DNA of 40,908 nt from a virus (taxonomy: Duplodnaviria; Caudoviricetes), in IMG/VR virus record IMGVR_UViG_3300025889_000273, positions 1 through 40,908 of that record. One strand, written 5' to 3'. The position numbers and the translations under genes are program-made. This document shows, one piece after another, positions 28,171 to 36,032 of this stretch (within the stretch, counting starts at the first letter, position 1; every line of letters starts with the position of its first letter). Under the pieces are notes generated by a model. The model saw only the letters and a program-made list of their open reading frames with translations, had not been told where the DNA came from and did not search any database.

Positions 28171-28256
28171 CGCCTGGCCTCCCGCCACGCCAGCCAGATA
28201 GGCAGGGCGGCTAGTATGAAACCAACGACAAGGTGAGCGTTGAGGCTGTCAGTCAT
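28167..28256 (-). CDS. 29-aa single-TM micropeptide (MTDSLNAHLVVGFILAALPIWLAWREARR)
   Basis: Below ORF-track cutoff; ATGA overlaps at both ends, RBS aggaag. Confidence 0.65.
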   Translation of the reverse strand: MTDSLNAHLVVGFILAALPIWLAWREARR

Positions 28257-28459
28257 TGTGCTGCTTCCTTCTGCGCTTTGCGTTCAGCTATCCGGCGATC
28301 CTGCAAGAGATTGTCGATCATGAATTTCAGCGTCTTGTCATCGAACACGTCCGGCCCGCCTTCCTTGGCTTGGAAAGCGCATTCTTTTGCCAGTTCTTCG
28401 CTTGTGAATTGTGTTTTCAGGGTCAGCAGCATGGTGCTGCGCAGATAAGGGCCGGGCAT
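28253..28459 (-). CDS. Hypothetical protein
   Basis: 68 aa, RBS ggaga, ends EAAQ like neighbours. Confidence 0.65.
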   Translation of the reverse strand: MPGPYLRSTMLLTLKTQFTSEELAKECAFQAKEGGPDVFDDKTLKFMIDNLLQDRRIAERKAQKEAAQ

Positions 28460-28462
28460 GGA

Positions 28463-28693
28463 TCAATCTCCCAATGTGCAAATGTCGTTGCCGAAGGTGG
28501 GGTTGAGAATTTGCAGGCGTTGCGATCCGCCGATGACCTGAAACCGCCGCCACGCTGATTTGTACGCAATTGCGCGGCTGTGGCCGGATGCACAAAATTC
28601 CTTGTAAAGGCGCAGGACGGAAGCCCGGAAGTTCGCAACGTTGACGGTCAAGTCATCGTTGAGAAGTGGGCCAACTGGTCTGAAATATTCCAT
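28463..28693 (-). CDS. First gene of leftward operon, hypothetical
   Basis: ATG with aggag RBS just downstream of PL. Confidence 0.65.
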   Translation of the reverse strand: MEYFRPVGPLLNDDLTVNVANFRASVLRLYKEFCASGHSRAIAYKSAWRRFQVIGGSQRLQILNPTFGNDICTLGD

Positions 28694-28710
28694 CGCGCTG
28701 TCTCCTGTGT

Positions 28711-28776
28711 ATGCCCACAGTATCCAATTCAGAAACCACGCTGTCAAGCAAAAAGTTGCTGTTATGGAAACTTTCC
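28711..28776 (-). promoter_or_regulatory. PL promoter with two operators
   Basis: TTGACA-17-GATACT on minus strand; operators agtatcc-N5-agaaacc (28719-28737) and agttgct-N5-ggaaact (28754-28772). Confidence 0.85.
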
Positions 28777-28800
28777 AGTTTATCGTGATGTTATAATGGC

Positions 28801-29118
28801 TTAGCTAGCTTTTCTGCTAAGCATAATTTGCGCTATGGCCCTTATTTCTTGCACCTGTTCTGGTGAGGCTGATCGAAGCAAATCGTTTAGTGTGGGCGCT
28901 TCCGGGTCGCGCAATAAATCACCCGGTTGGATATCAAGAGCGTAAGCTAGACCAACTATCCAGTTGTCATTCATGCGCTGATCGCCACGTTCTAGCTTGG
29001 AAATTTGCCCTTTATTGGTGTCCAGCCGGTTTGCAAGCTGCTCCTGGGATAGACCTTTTTTCTTGCGCCACTCGCGCAAGTACCATCGAAGCGGTGATTT
29101 TGGGCCGATTTTTTCCAT
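28801..29118 (-). CDS. CI-like XRE HTH repressor lacking an S24 autocleavage domain
   Basis: 'LREWRKKKGLSQEQLA...QISKLERG...LAYALDI.PGDLL'; 105 aa; divergent from cro. Confidence 0.9.
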   Translation of the reverse strand: MEKIGPKSPLRWYLREWRKKKGLSQEQLANRLDTNKGQISKLERGDQRMNDNWIVGLAYALDIQPGDLLRDPEAPTLNDLLRSASPEQVQEIRAIAQIMLSRKAS

Positions 29119-29150
29119 AGGGGAGGCTACATACCGGCGCGGATTCGTTC

Positions 29151-29212
29151 GATATCTAAAATGGAAACTTTCCGCTTGACAGGATAGTTTCTGAATTGGA
29201 TACTGTAGGCAT
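29151..29212 (+). promoter_or_regulatory. PR promoter with two operators
   Basis: TTGACA (29176)-17-GATACT (29199); operators gatatct-N5-ggaaact (29151-29169) and agtttct-N5-ggatact (29186-29204). Confidence 0.85.
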
Positions 29213-29477
29213 GAGAACGATCCATCCAATCGCTGCATACCGCAGCCTGCACAAAATGACGCTTTCCGCCTTTGGTGATTTGGCGGGCGTCCAGAAGGCG
29301 GCTGTCCACAAGTGGGAAAACGAGACTGGCAAGCCGTCCATTGACGCTGCCCGTCGCATCGATGAGCGGACAAACGGGGCGCTGCCTAAATGGCTCCTGC
29401 GCCCTGATGTGTGGGCGGTCGATGACAGTTTGCCCCGTGCTCATAACGAACCATCGGAACAGGAGCCCGCGCAATGA
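29211..29477 (+). CDS. Cro-like HTH protein
   Basis: 'FGDLAGVQKAAVHKWE...IDERTNGALPKWLLRPDV' YdaS/Cro pattern. Confidence 0.88.
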   Translation: MRTIHPIAAYRSLHKMTLSAFGDLAGVQKAAVHKWENETGKPSIDAARRIDERTNGALPKWLLRPDVWAVDDSLPRAHNEPSEQEPAQ

Positions 29478-29686
29478 TCTGCACAAAATGCGGCGGCGCA
29501 CGTATGCGCGACACTGACGAACCGGGCCGGTGGGAGTGCATTGATTGCGTGCAACCGAAACAAACATTGGGCGGATCGTCTGCTGATGAATTGCATTGGA
29601 AGGCCCGCGCGCTGAAAGCGGAAGCCCGCGTTGAGGAATTGTTTCAGCAGATTTTTTCTTTTCCAAAAGGGGAGGGCAACACATGA
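29474..29686 (+). CDS. Small zinc-ribbon protein
   Basis: CxxC...CxxC; ATGA coupled. Confidence 0.6.
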   Translation: MICTKCGGARMRDTDEPGRWECIDCVQPKQTLGGSSADELHWKARALKAEARVEELFQQIFSFPKGEGNT

Positions 29687-30069
29687 TCCGCCCCGCATTG
29701 CTTGCCCTCGCTCTGGCGCTTTCATTCTCTGGTCCTGCCTCCGCAAAGTCCCGCTGCATGGGCGTCAATAAAACGCTTTGCGCATTTGCCCGCGCCCACA
29801 ATCTGAAAATCATTAGCGGCTATCGCAAGAACGCTTGCATAGCTGGCACACGTGGCCGCTCGCTACATGCGTCTGGTCAAGCGATGGATGTTTACAACTG
29901 CGGGCGGCGCTGCATACGCGCTGCAAGGGCGCGTAAATTTGGCCTCGGTTTCTATCGCGGACGATTCAAGCACATTCATATTAGCAACGGTGCGAGGGAG
30001 CGCAATGTTGTGTTCTATCGCGGCTATCGCAAGCAAGCACGCAAGCACAGGAGATATGCGCGGCGATGA
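29683..30069 (+). CDS. Secreted peptidase M15-like (Hedgehog/DD-peptidase fold) protein
   Basis: Signal peptide ending ASA; 'IISGYR', 'SLHASGQAMD' (H-x6-D), 'HIH'; strong RBS ggagg. Confidence 0.75.
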   Translation: MIRPALLALALALSFSGPASAKSRCMGVNKTLCAFARAHNLKIISGYRKNACIAGTRGRSLHASGQAMDVYNCGRRCIRAARARKFGLGFYRGRFKHIHISNGARERNVVFYRGYRKQARKHRRYARR

Positions 30070-30293
30070 TCCAGGTAGCCATTATCTCAATCAGCATCGG
30101 GCTTCTGTCGTTTATCACGATAATGATGGCAGCACAGTTGATTGACGCAATGGCGACCATCAAGCCGCATGAAGTTTTTGAATCGTCCGCTGTTCCTCCC
30201 TCCTCCCATCCTCCGGCGGACCAACTGGCAGGGCAGATCAATACGCAATCTGCCCTGCCATTTTCACCAGACAACGGGGCGGGTCGCTGGTGA
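30066..30293 (+). CDS. Hypothetical membrane-anchored protein
   Basis: N-terminal hydrophobic helix; ATGA overlap. Confidence 0.5.
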   Translation: MIQVAIISISIGLLSFITIMMAAQLIDAMATIKPHEVFESSAVPPSSHPPADQLAGQINTQSALPFSPDNGAGRW

Positions 30294-30405
30294 AACTGAA
30301 TTTTTTCTACGACCTTGGCGGCTGCAACCGCTAACGGCTCAAAAGTGTCTGTGTCTGTGTCGTCGTTCTCCATGTGGTCAGTAAATCACATGGGAGAGCG
30401 TAAAA

Positions 30406-30762
30406 ATGCGCAAAAGTAGCGGAGAGTCCAAAATGTCTGCGTTGGTGCTAGCAAGGTATTTGTTGCTTGATGTTGTCGGCCCGGTCCTGTCGAAAAAGGA
30501 AGCCGCAACAATAGCTGCAAGGCGCATGGGTTGGACGTTCAATCGGTGCAAAGACATTCTGAAACTTGAGCCGCGTATCAGAATTTCCGGCGATGAATTG
30601 CTTGCGCTGCAACAAAAAACGAAAGAGGCCAAGAACGATGCAGACTATTCGGCGCGCATTGAAAGACTGGAAGCATACATGCTGGCGACCGATGAAGAAT
30701 TTCATAGCGCGGACATTGATCGGCTTCGGGCTTTGGCTCGCAGAAACAGGGACCAGGATTAG
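30406..30762 (+). CDS. CII-position HTH regulator
   Basis: 'AARRMGWTFNRCKDI...PRIRI' helix-turn-helix, C-terminal coiled coil; second in-frame start at 30433. Confidence 0.6.
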   Translation: MRKSSGESKMSALVLARYLLLDVVGPVLSKKEAATIAARRMGWTFNRCKDILKLEPRIRISGDELLALQQKTKEAKNDADYSARIERLEAYMLATDEEFHSADIDRLRALARRNRDQD

Positions 30763-30768
30763 GGGAAA

Positions 30769-31122
30769 ATGAAACCAGCCCGCACCCGCAAAAGCAAATT
30801 CAGAAAGTCCGATCCTGCCCGTCGCACGGTCAATGGCATCGTGTTCGCGTCTATCGCGGAATCCAAACGCTATGTGCAATTGCGGCTTCTGGAAATGGCG
30901 CGGGAAATCTCCGGGCTAACCAAAGGCCAGAAGCGCGATTTGATAGTCAACGGCAAACGGGTTGGCTCTTACACGCCAGACTTCGAATACCTGAGCAAGA
31001 CCGGCGATCTGATTATTGAGGAAGTGAAGTCCGGCACATCAGGCAAGCAAGCTGATTACAGGCTTCGCAAGAAGGTGTTCGAGGCAAGCACGAATTTAAC
31101 CGTAACCGAAATAAACATGTGA
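30769..31122 (+). CDS. DUF1064-type PD-(D/E)XK endonuclease
   Basis: 'VNGIVFAS.AE.KRY..L', 'YTPDFEY', 'EEVKS', 'YRLRKK'. Confidence 0.88.
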   Translation: MKPARTRKSKFRKSDPARRTVNGIVFASIAESKRYVQLRLLEMAREISGLTKGQKRDLIVNGKRVGSYTPDFEYLSKTGDLIIEEVKSGTSGKQADYRLRKKVFEASTNLTVTEINM

Positions 31123-31132
31123 GGGGCGTATC

Positions 31133-31882
31133 ATGGAAACGGAAGCAGACGATTTCGGCATTGCACAATCAACCCGTGATTATTGGGCCAACTTCTCTCG
31201 CAACCAGGCGCTTGCCAGCAAGTTTGCCGGATCGCTTGGAATGGCTCGGCTGCATCCACCAGAACCCGAATGGTCAACCGCGCCTGTCAGAAAAACCATG
31301 GCTTTTGCCAGCCCTGAACTGAAAGTAAAGATTGAAAAGATTACACGACCACCACCGCCACCAGTACAGAAAAAGGAACCCGAACCCGATGTGGTTTCAG
31401 AAGATGAAATCGCCCGCGCCCTGGACGTGTTGAAGCGGGCCAATATTCGTATTCAGCAGCATTATGATGCTTGCGACAATGATTGCGCGCCTGTTGATGA
31501 AATAATCGAATATGAATTGCCAAAAAAGCTGATGATTTCGGAAATCGTCGCGGAAGTGGCGAGGTTCTATAATCTGCATCCAAGGGAAGTTATTAGCCAC
31601 CGGCGCAACAGGTCTATTGCAAGGCCGCGTCAGGAAGCAATGCTGCTATCCAGAGCCCTGACTGACAAATCTTTACCCATCATTGGGAAAGTGTTCAACC
31701 GCGACCACACAACCGTCATTCACGCCTGCGGATTGATTGCTGAAATGTTCGGCATCTGCACTGCCAAGGAAATGAACTGGCTGAAAATAGCAGAATGGGC
31801 CGAAGCCCGGTTTGCTTACATTGTGGAGTCTAATCTGGCCGCCCGCGTCTGCGCTCACTCTGGCGACGGGGTGACGGTATGA
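31133..31882 (+). CDS. Protein with DnaA domain IV (C-terminal HTH) homology
   Basis: 'IARPRQEAMLLSRALTDKSLPIIGKVFNRDHTTVIHA'. Confidence 0.9.
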   Translation: METEADDFGIAQSTRDYWANFSRNQALASKFAGSLGMARLHPPEPEWSTAPVRKTMAFASPELKVKIEKITRPPPPPVQKKEPEPDVVSEDEIARALDVLKRANIRIQQHYDACDNDCAPVDEIIEYELPKKLMISEIVAEVARFYNLHPREVISHRRNRSIARPRQEAMLLSRALTDKSLPIIGKVFNRDHTTVIHACGLIAEMFGICTAKEMNWLKIAEWAEARFAYIVESNLAARVCAHSGDGVTV

Positions 31883-32673
31883 ACACATGGTTTCGATTTT
31901 ATGCGGAAGCATTGAACGACCCAAAGGTGCAGCGATTGCCGCCTGAATTATTCAAGGCATGGGTCAATCTTCTGTGCCTCGCATGTAACGGTGATGGTAA
32001 CGTTACAGGTGATGTTTCAGAGATTTCATTTGCATTGCGTGTGCCAGAGGAAGTGGCAGCACAGTATATTGATGACCTTGTATCCGCTGGATTGATTGAT
32101 GACCTTGATGATACTATCAAACCTCACAATTGGGATAAAAGGCAATTCAAATCAGATACTTCCAACGAGCGTGTGAAAAAACATCGAGAGAAAAAACGTA
32201 ACGTTACACAAGCGTTACCTGTAACGGACCCAGAACAGAACAGAACAGAGACAGAAACAGATAATATACGGTTGATTTCGCCTTCTGCTTCACAACCGAA
32301 GCCGCCCGGCAAGCGGGCTAGTGTGCGATTACTCGAAAATCCGAGATTTGAAGAGTTTTGGTCGGCCTATCCCCGAAGGGATGGCAGCAATCCACGCCAA
32401 CCGGCTTCCGAGAAGTTTTCAAGGTTTGTGTCCGCTGGCATCGAGCCGGACGAAATAATCAATGGGGCACGGCGATATTCTGCTGAATGCGAACGCAACG
32501 CTACCGAAGGCCGGTTTGTGGCGCAGGCGACAACCTGGCTCAACCAACAACGCTGGAAGGATTATGGCGCTCCGGGGGTAGCGCAGGCTGACGGCGAGAA
32601 AGTTCCGGTGTTCGCGTCAGACGCGGAGTTCGACCAGTGGTGGCAATCTCGCAAGGTGATAGGCAATGGATAG
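31879..32673 (+). CDS. Replication initiator (O-like)
   Basis: 'WFRFY..LNDPKV', 'HNWDKRQ...SNERVKKHRE', 'FEEFWSAYPR', 'ATTWLNQQRW'. Confidence 0.88.
   Translation: MNTWFRFYAEALNDPKVQRLPPELFKAWVNLLCLACNGDGNVTGDVSEISFALRVPEEVAAQYIDDLVSAGLIDDLDDTIKPHNWDKRQFKSDTSNERVKKHREKKRNVTQALPVTDPEQNRTETETDNIRLISPSASQPKPPGKRASVRLLENPRFEEFWSAYPRRDGSNPRQPASEKFSRFVSAGIEPDEIINGARRYSAECERNATEGRFVAQATTWLNQQRWKDYGAPGVAQADGEKVPVFASDAEFDQWWQSRKVIGNG
31985..32263. promoter_or_regulatory. Probable replication origin iterons inside initiator gene
   Basis: GTAACGTTAC palindromes at 31997 and 32198, extra GTAAC/GTTAC halves at 31985, 32214, 32221, then a (CAGAA)n purine-rich tract. Confidence 0.65.
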
Positions 32674-33028
32674 CTTTCAGGAATTAGGGCAAGAGTGCAT
32701 CGCCTACACCAAGGCCAAGGGCCGGGGATTGGTCGTGGCGTTCAAGGGCGACAACGCAAAGCCAGCCATTGCGAATGCTTGGCTCGATTATTGGGCAGTC
32801 AAGGGGTTTGGCAAGGCTGTGAAGCTGTTCGAGCGGCATTTGCTGGACGGCAAGGAAATCACTGTTCCTTGCGATGACCCTGCACGGTTTGATGTTGATT
32901 ACCATCCGCAGCAGCGGAAGCCACGCAACTGGCACCAGCCGCAGCATATCGAACGGTCGCCAGCGGAACGGCGGGCCATTGCAAATCAGATCAGGGCGAA
33001 GATGGGCCTGCCGATAGTCGAATATTAA
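32666..33028 (+). CDS. Hypothetical protein after initiator
   Basis: 120 aa overlapping initiator stop; RBS aggtga. Confidence 0.65.
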   Translation: MDSFQELGQECIAYTKAKGRGLVVAFKGDNAKPAIANAWLDYWAVKGFGKAVKLFERHLLDGKEITVPCDDPARFDVDYHPQQRKPRNWHQPQHIERSPAERRAIANQIRAKMGLPIVEY

Positions 33029-33074
33029 CCATTCAACCGCGTTGCGTATCACACAACCACAGGGGCAAGACGCA

Positions 33075-33668
33075 ATGGCGCGGAAGAAAAAACCGGCTAT
33101 CACATTACCCGGTATGGGCGGGATGGTAATCATCGAAACCGAAGTGCAGGCTCCATACGATCCAGGTCGCCGCGAACGGGTAAAGAAAGCCATCCGCCCG
33201 AAGGACATAGACTGGTATGGGGCACAAGGCCACCTGAAAGGCCCACAGGAGCGCATTGACGGCACACAGGCTAGGGTGGAAGCCGGGAAGCGGTTTATTG
33301 CGCTGTACGAGGCTGCTAGCGGTTCTGGCGCACGGTCCCCTGACCTGTCGCAGGACAAGGTTGATGTATCTTTCCGCTGGTCCGGCACACAGGAAGCGCA
33401 GGCTAGGGCATTACGTGAACTGGCAGACCTGACGCGGGAAATATCACTCCCGCGCCGGGTATTTCTGGAGCGCGCGCTAATCAGCATGGATTACACGATT
33501 TCCGATTTGGGCCGCATGTTCAACCGTAACCGCAACCGTGGCCTGTCGCTGCTATACCGGGAATTGAGGGTATCGCTGGATCAGGTGATTGCGTTTTATG
33601 GCATAGCACAAGGTAGGCCAGTTAACCGGATAATGGTTTCACGTGAAACTGTGAATAACCTTGGATAG
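33075..33668 (+). CDS. Putative late-gene regulator (Q-position)
   Basis: Last early gene before non-coding leader; 'EAGKRF..LYE' and C-terminal HTH-like 'ISDLG...LRVSLD....YG'. Confidence 0.65.
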   Translation: MARKKKPAITLPGMGGMVIIETEVQAPYDPGRRERVKKAIRPKDIDWYGAQGHLKGPQERIDGTQARVEAGKRFIALYEAASGSGARSPDLSQDKVDVSFRWSGTQEAQARALRELADLTREISLPRRVFLERALISMDYTISDLGRMFNRNRNRGLSLLYRELRVSLDQVIAFYGIAQGRPVNRIMVSRETVNNLG

Positions 33669-33807
33669 GTTAATTTGGTCTTGACTTGATACGCGAACGG
33701 GGTAGAAATGGTTACATTGGAATTGCTGTCAGCGATAGCGCTCCAATTTTTTGCGGGTCTTTCAATCAGGCTTAGTCGGCGCTCCAACGGTGACTAGGCA
33801 ACAAATT

Positions 33808-33840
33808 ACCCCGTCATGCTCCGGTGTGGCGGGGTTTTTC
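33808..33840 (+). terminator. Intrinsic terminator in late leader
   Basis: accccgtcatgc-tccg-gtgtggcggggt followed by ttttc. Confidence 0.82.
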
Positions 33841-33854
33841 ATGGGCGGCCTTAA

Positions 33855-34142
33855 ATGAATAATTTCCTTGAATATGTCGCCACAAACTTCACCAGCCTGC
33901 TAGGCCCTGTGGAGTTCGAGGCGCTACCTTCCGGCGATGTGCTGGCAAGCATCGGTGATAAATCAGTAACGGTTAAAGCCTACCCTGAAACGGACACGCC
34001 TTTAATTCTGCAATATCGCCTAACCGTCGCTGGCGTCCAGCTTCGGGATACTGCCGGGTTCAGTTTCGACAAGGTTCCGAACGGGGCTATTGCGCGGGAT
34101 GTGTTCGGCAATTCAGCACCAGGCGGCGGCACAGGCGGCTAA
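33855..34142 (+). CDS. Hypothetical protein
   Basis: 95 aa ORF at head of packaging operon. Confidence 0.6.
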   Translation: MNNFLEYVATNFTSLLGPVEFEALPSGDVLASIGDKSVTVKAYPETDTPLILQYRLTVAGVQLRDTAGFSFDKVPNGAIARDVFGNSAPGGGTGG

Positions 34143-34145
34143 CCC

Positions 34146-34295
34146 ATGCTTGACCTAGAAACCCTTCATCGCATTTGGGAACACCTTATGCAGAACGAAG
34201 AATATGATCTGGCGCATGAAGTCTCCCAGGAAATCACCGCCCGCACAATCGCCCGCAACGCTATTCTTGACCATGTAGAGGCGACAAATGGCTAG
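34146..34295 (+). CDS. 49-aa hypothetical protein
   Basis: MLDLETLHRIWEHL...; fills gap and overlaps the terS start. Confidence 0.5.
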   Translation: MLDLETLHRIWEHLMQNEEYDLAHEVSQEITARTIARNAILDHVEATNG

Positions 34296-34566
34296 GGGAC
34301 GCAAGGCAGGCTTTGTAATGCCTGAAAGCCACAGGCTTAAAATACAAAATTCCAACATTCTCAACGCTTTGATTGAACATGTTGAAGGAAAACGTGAAAT
34401 GAGCAGCACTCAAGTAGCTGCTGGCGTTGCCCTTATGCGCAAAGTCCTTCCCGATCTAAGCGCAACAGAGATTAACGGCGAAATCGAGCATCGCGCAGTC
34501 ATGCGATTGCCTGAGCCTGCTACCAGCGTGGAAGAATGGAAGCCGCTAGCTATCCAGAAGCACTAA
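34288..34566 (+). CDS. terS: Terminase small subunit
   Basis: 'KIQ.S.ILN.L..HV.G..EMS.TQV.A...L.RKVLPDL' pattern; directly upstream of terL. Confidence 0.75.
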   Translation: MARGRKAGFVMPESHRLKIQNSNILNALIEHVEGKREMSSTQVAAGVALMRKVLPDLSATEINGEIEHRAVMRLPEPATSVEEWKPLAIQKH

Positions 34567-36032
34567 ACGTCTGGACGCCACAACAAGGTCCACAATGGGA
34601 TTTGCTGACCTGCCCGTGCTTTGAAGTGTTCTTTGGTGGCGCTCGTGGTGGTGGCAAGACAGACGGGATGCTGGGAGAGTGGGCCAGCCACGCGGACAAA
34701 TACGGCGAAAATGCCATCGGCCTGATGGTGCGCCGCACAAGAACGGAATTGATTGAAACAATCGAGCGCTCCAAGGCGCTCTATAATCCGATTGGCTGGA
34801 AGTTCCAGGAACAGGATAAAATGTGGCGCTCCGACAAGGGCGCGCGGCTACGATTCGCTTATTTGGAGCGTGATCAGGATGCGGAAGCCTATCAGGGCCA
34901 TAGTTACACGCGCATCTATATTGAGGAAATAGGCAACTTCCCATCACCAAAGCCTATCATGAAGTTGATGGCTACGCTGCGTAGTGGTGCTGGTGTGCCG
35001 GTTGGCTTCCGGGCAACGGGCAATCCTGGCGGTCCTGGCCATATGTGGGTTCGGGAGCGCTACATTGATCCAGACCCGCGCGGCGGGCTGATTATCAAGT
35101 CCGAATTTGAGAACCCGTTCAATGGCGAGAAGGTTAGCCGGGACCGGGTATTTATTCCTTCCCGCGTCACAGACAACAAATACCTTGGCGCGGAATATAT
35201 CGCGCAGCTTCAAATGTCAGGATCGGCCGAACTGGTCCGCGCATGGCTTGAAGGTGATTGGGCGGCTATTGAAGGGGCCTTCTTTGATCGTTGGTCAACC
35301 AAAAACGTGGTCACGCCGTTTGAAATACCGGACAACTGGCTGCGTTTCCGTTCCGCTGACTGGGGCTTCGCAGCCCCGTTCAGCGTGGGCTGGTGGGCTG
35401 TCGCCGGTGACGACCACGGTGACATACCGCGTGGGTCGCTCATTCGTTATCGCGAATGGTATGGCTGCAATGGCACGCCGAACGAAGGATTGAGATTAAC
35501 AGCCGAACAGGTTGGCCAAGGTATTGCTACCCGCGAAGCTGGCGAAAAGATTAAATATGGCGTGCTTGACCCGGCTGCGTTCAACCAGGATGGCGGCCCA
35601 AGTATAGCCGAACGGATTAACCAGGAGCTACGCAAGGTAGGGCAGCCGGGCTTTCACCGGGCTGACAACACACGAGTAGGCAAGCGTGGCGCACTATCGG
35701 GATGGGATCAAATGCGGTCCCGCATAGGTGGCGATGAGCGCGGGCCACGATTGTTTGTATTCGATACCTGCCGGGACTTTATCAGGACCGTGCCCGTTTT
35801 ACAGCACGACAAGGACCGGCCAGAAGATTTGGACACAGAGACTGAGGACCACGTAGCTGATGAGGCCAGATACGGCTGTTCATCACGACCATGGGTTCCA
35901 AGAGTAATTCCGCCCAAACGGCCAGAGCGCCTTGTGTTCGAGGCAAAAGCCGATGGCAGCGTGGTTGGTAACATGTCCATCAGGGACATTGTGCGGGCCG
36001 CCGAGCGCAAGCGCAAACGGGAATCTGTCTGA
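34536..36032 (+). CDS. terL: Terminase large subunit (allele B, complete)
   Basis: Walker A 'GGARGGGKT', Walker B 'IYIEE', 'ATGNPGG', nuclease 'SADWG', 'EDHVADEARY'. Confidence 0.96.
   Translation: MEAASYPEALNVWTPQQGPQWDLLTCPCFEVFFGGARGGGKTDGMLGEWASHADKYGENAIGLMVRRTRTELIETIERSKALYNPIGWKFQEQDKMWRSDKGARLRFAYLERDQDAEAYQGHSYTRIYIEEIGNFPSPKPIMKLMATLRSGAGVPVGFRATGNPGGPGHMWVRERYIDPDPRGGLIIKSEFENPFNGEKVSRDRVFIPSRVTDNKYLGAEYIAQLQMSGSAELVRAWLEGDWAAIEGAFFDRWSTKNVVTPFEIPDNWLRFRSADWGFAAPFSVGWWAVAGDDHGDIPRGSLIRYREWYGCNGTPNEGLRLTAEQVGQGIATREAGEKIKYGVLDPAAFNQDGGPSIAERINQELRKVGQPGFHRADNTRVGKRGALSGWDQMRSRIGGDERGPRLFVFDTCRDFIRTVPVLQHDKDRPEDLDTETEDHVADEARYGCSSRPWVPRVIPPKRPERLVFEAKADGSVVGNMSIRDIVRAAERKRKRESV

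Noticed and set aside
29119-29373. N-terminal extension of the 190-aa cI ORF
   Set aside because: It runs through the operators and antisense to cro; ATG 29118 gives a typical XRE protein
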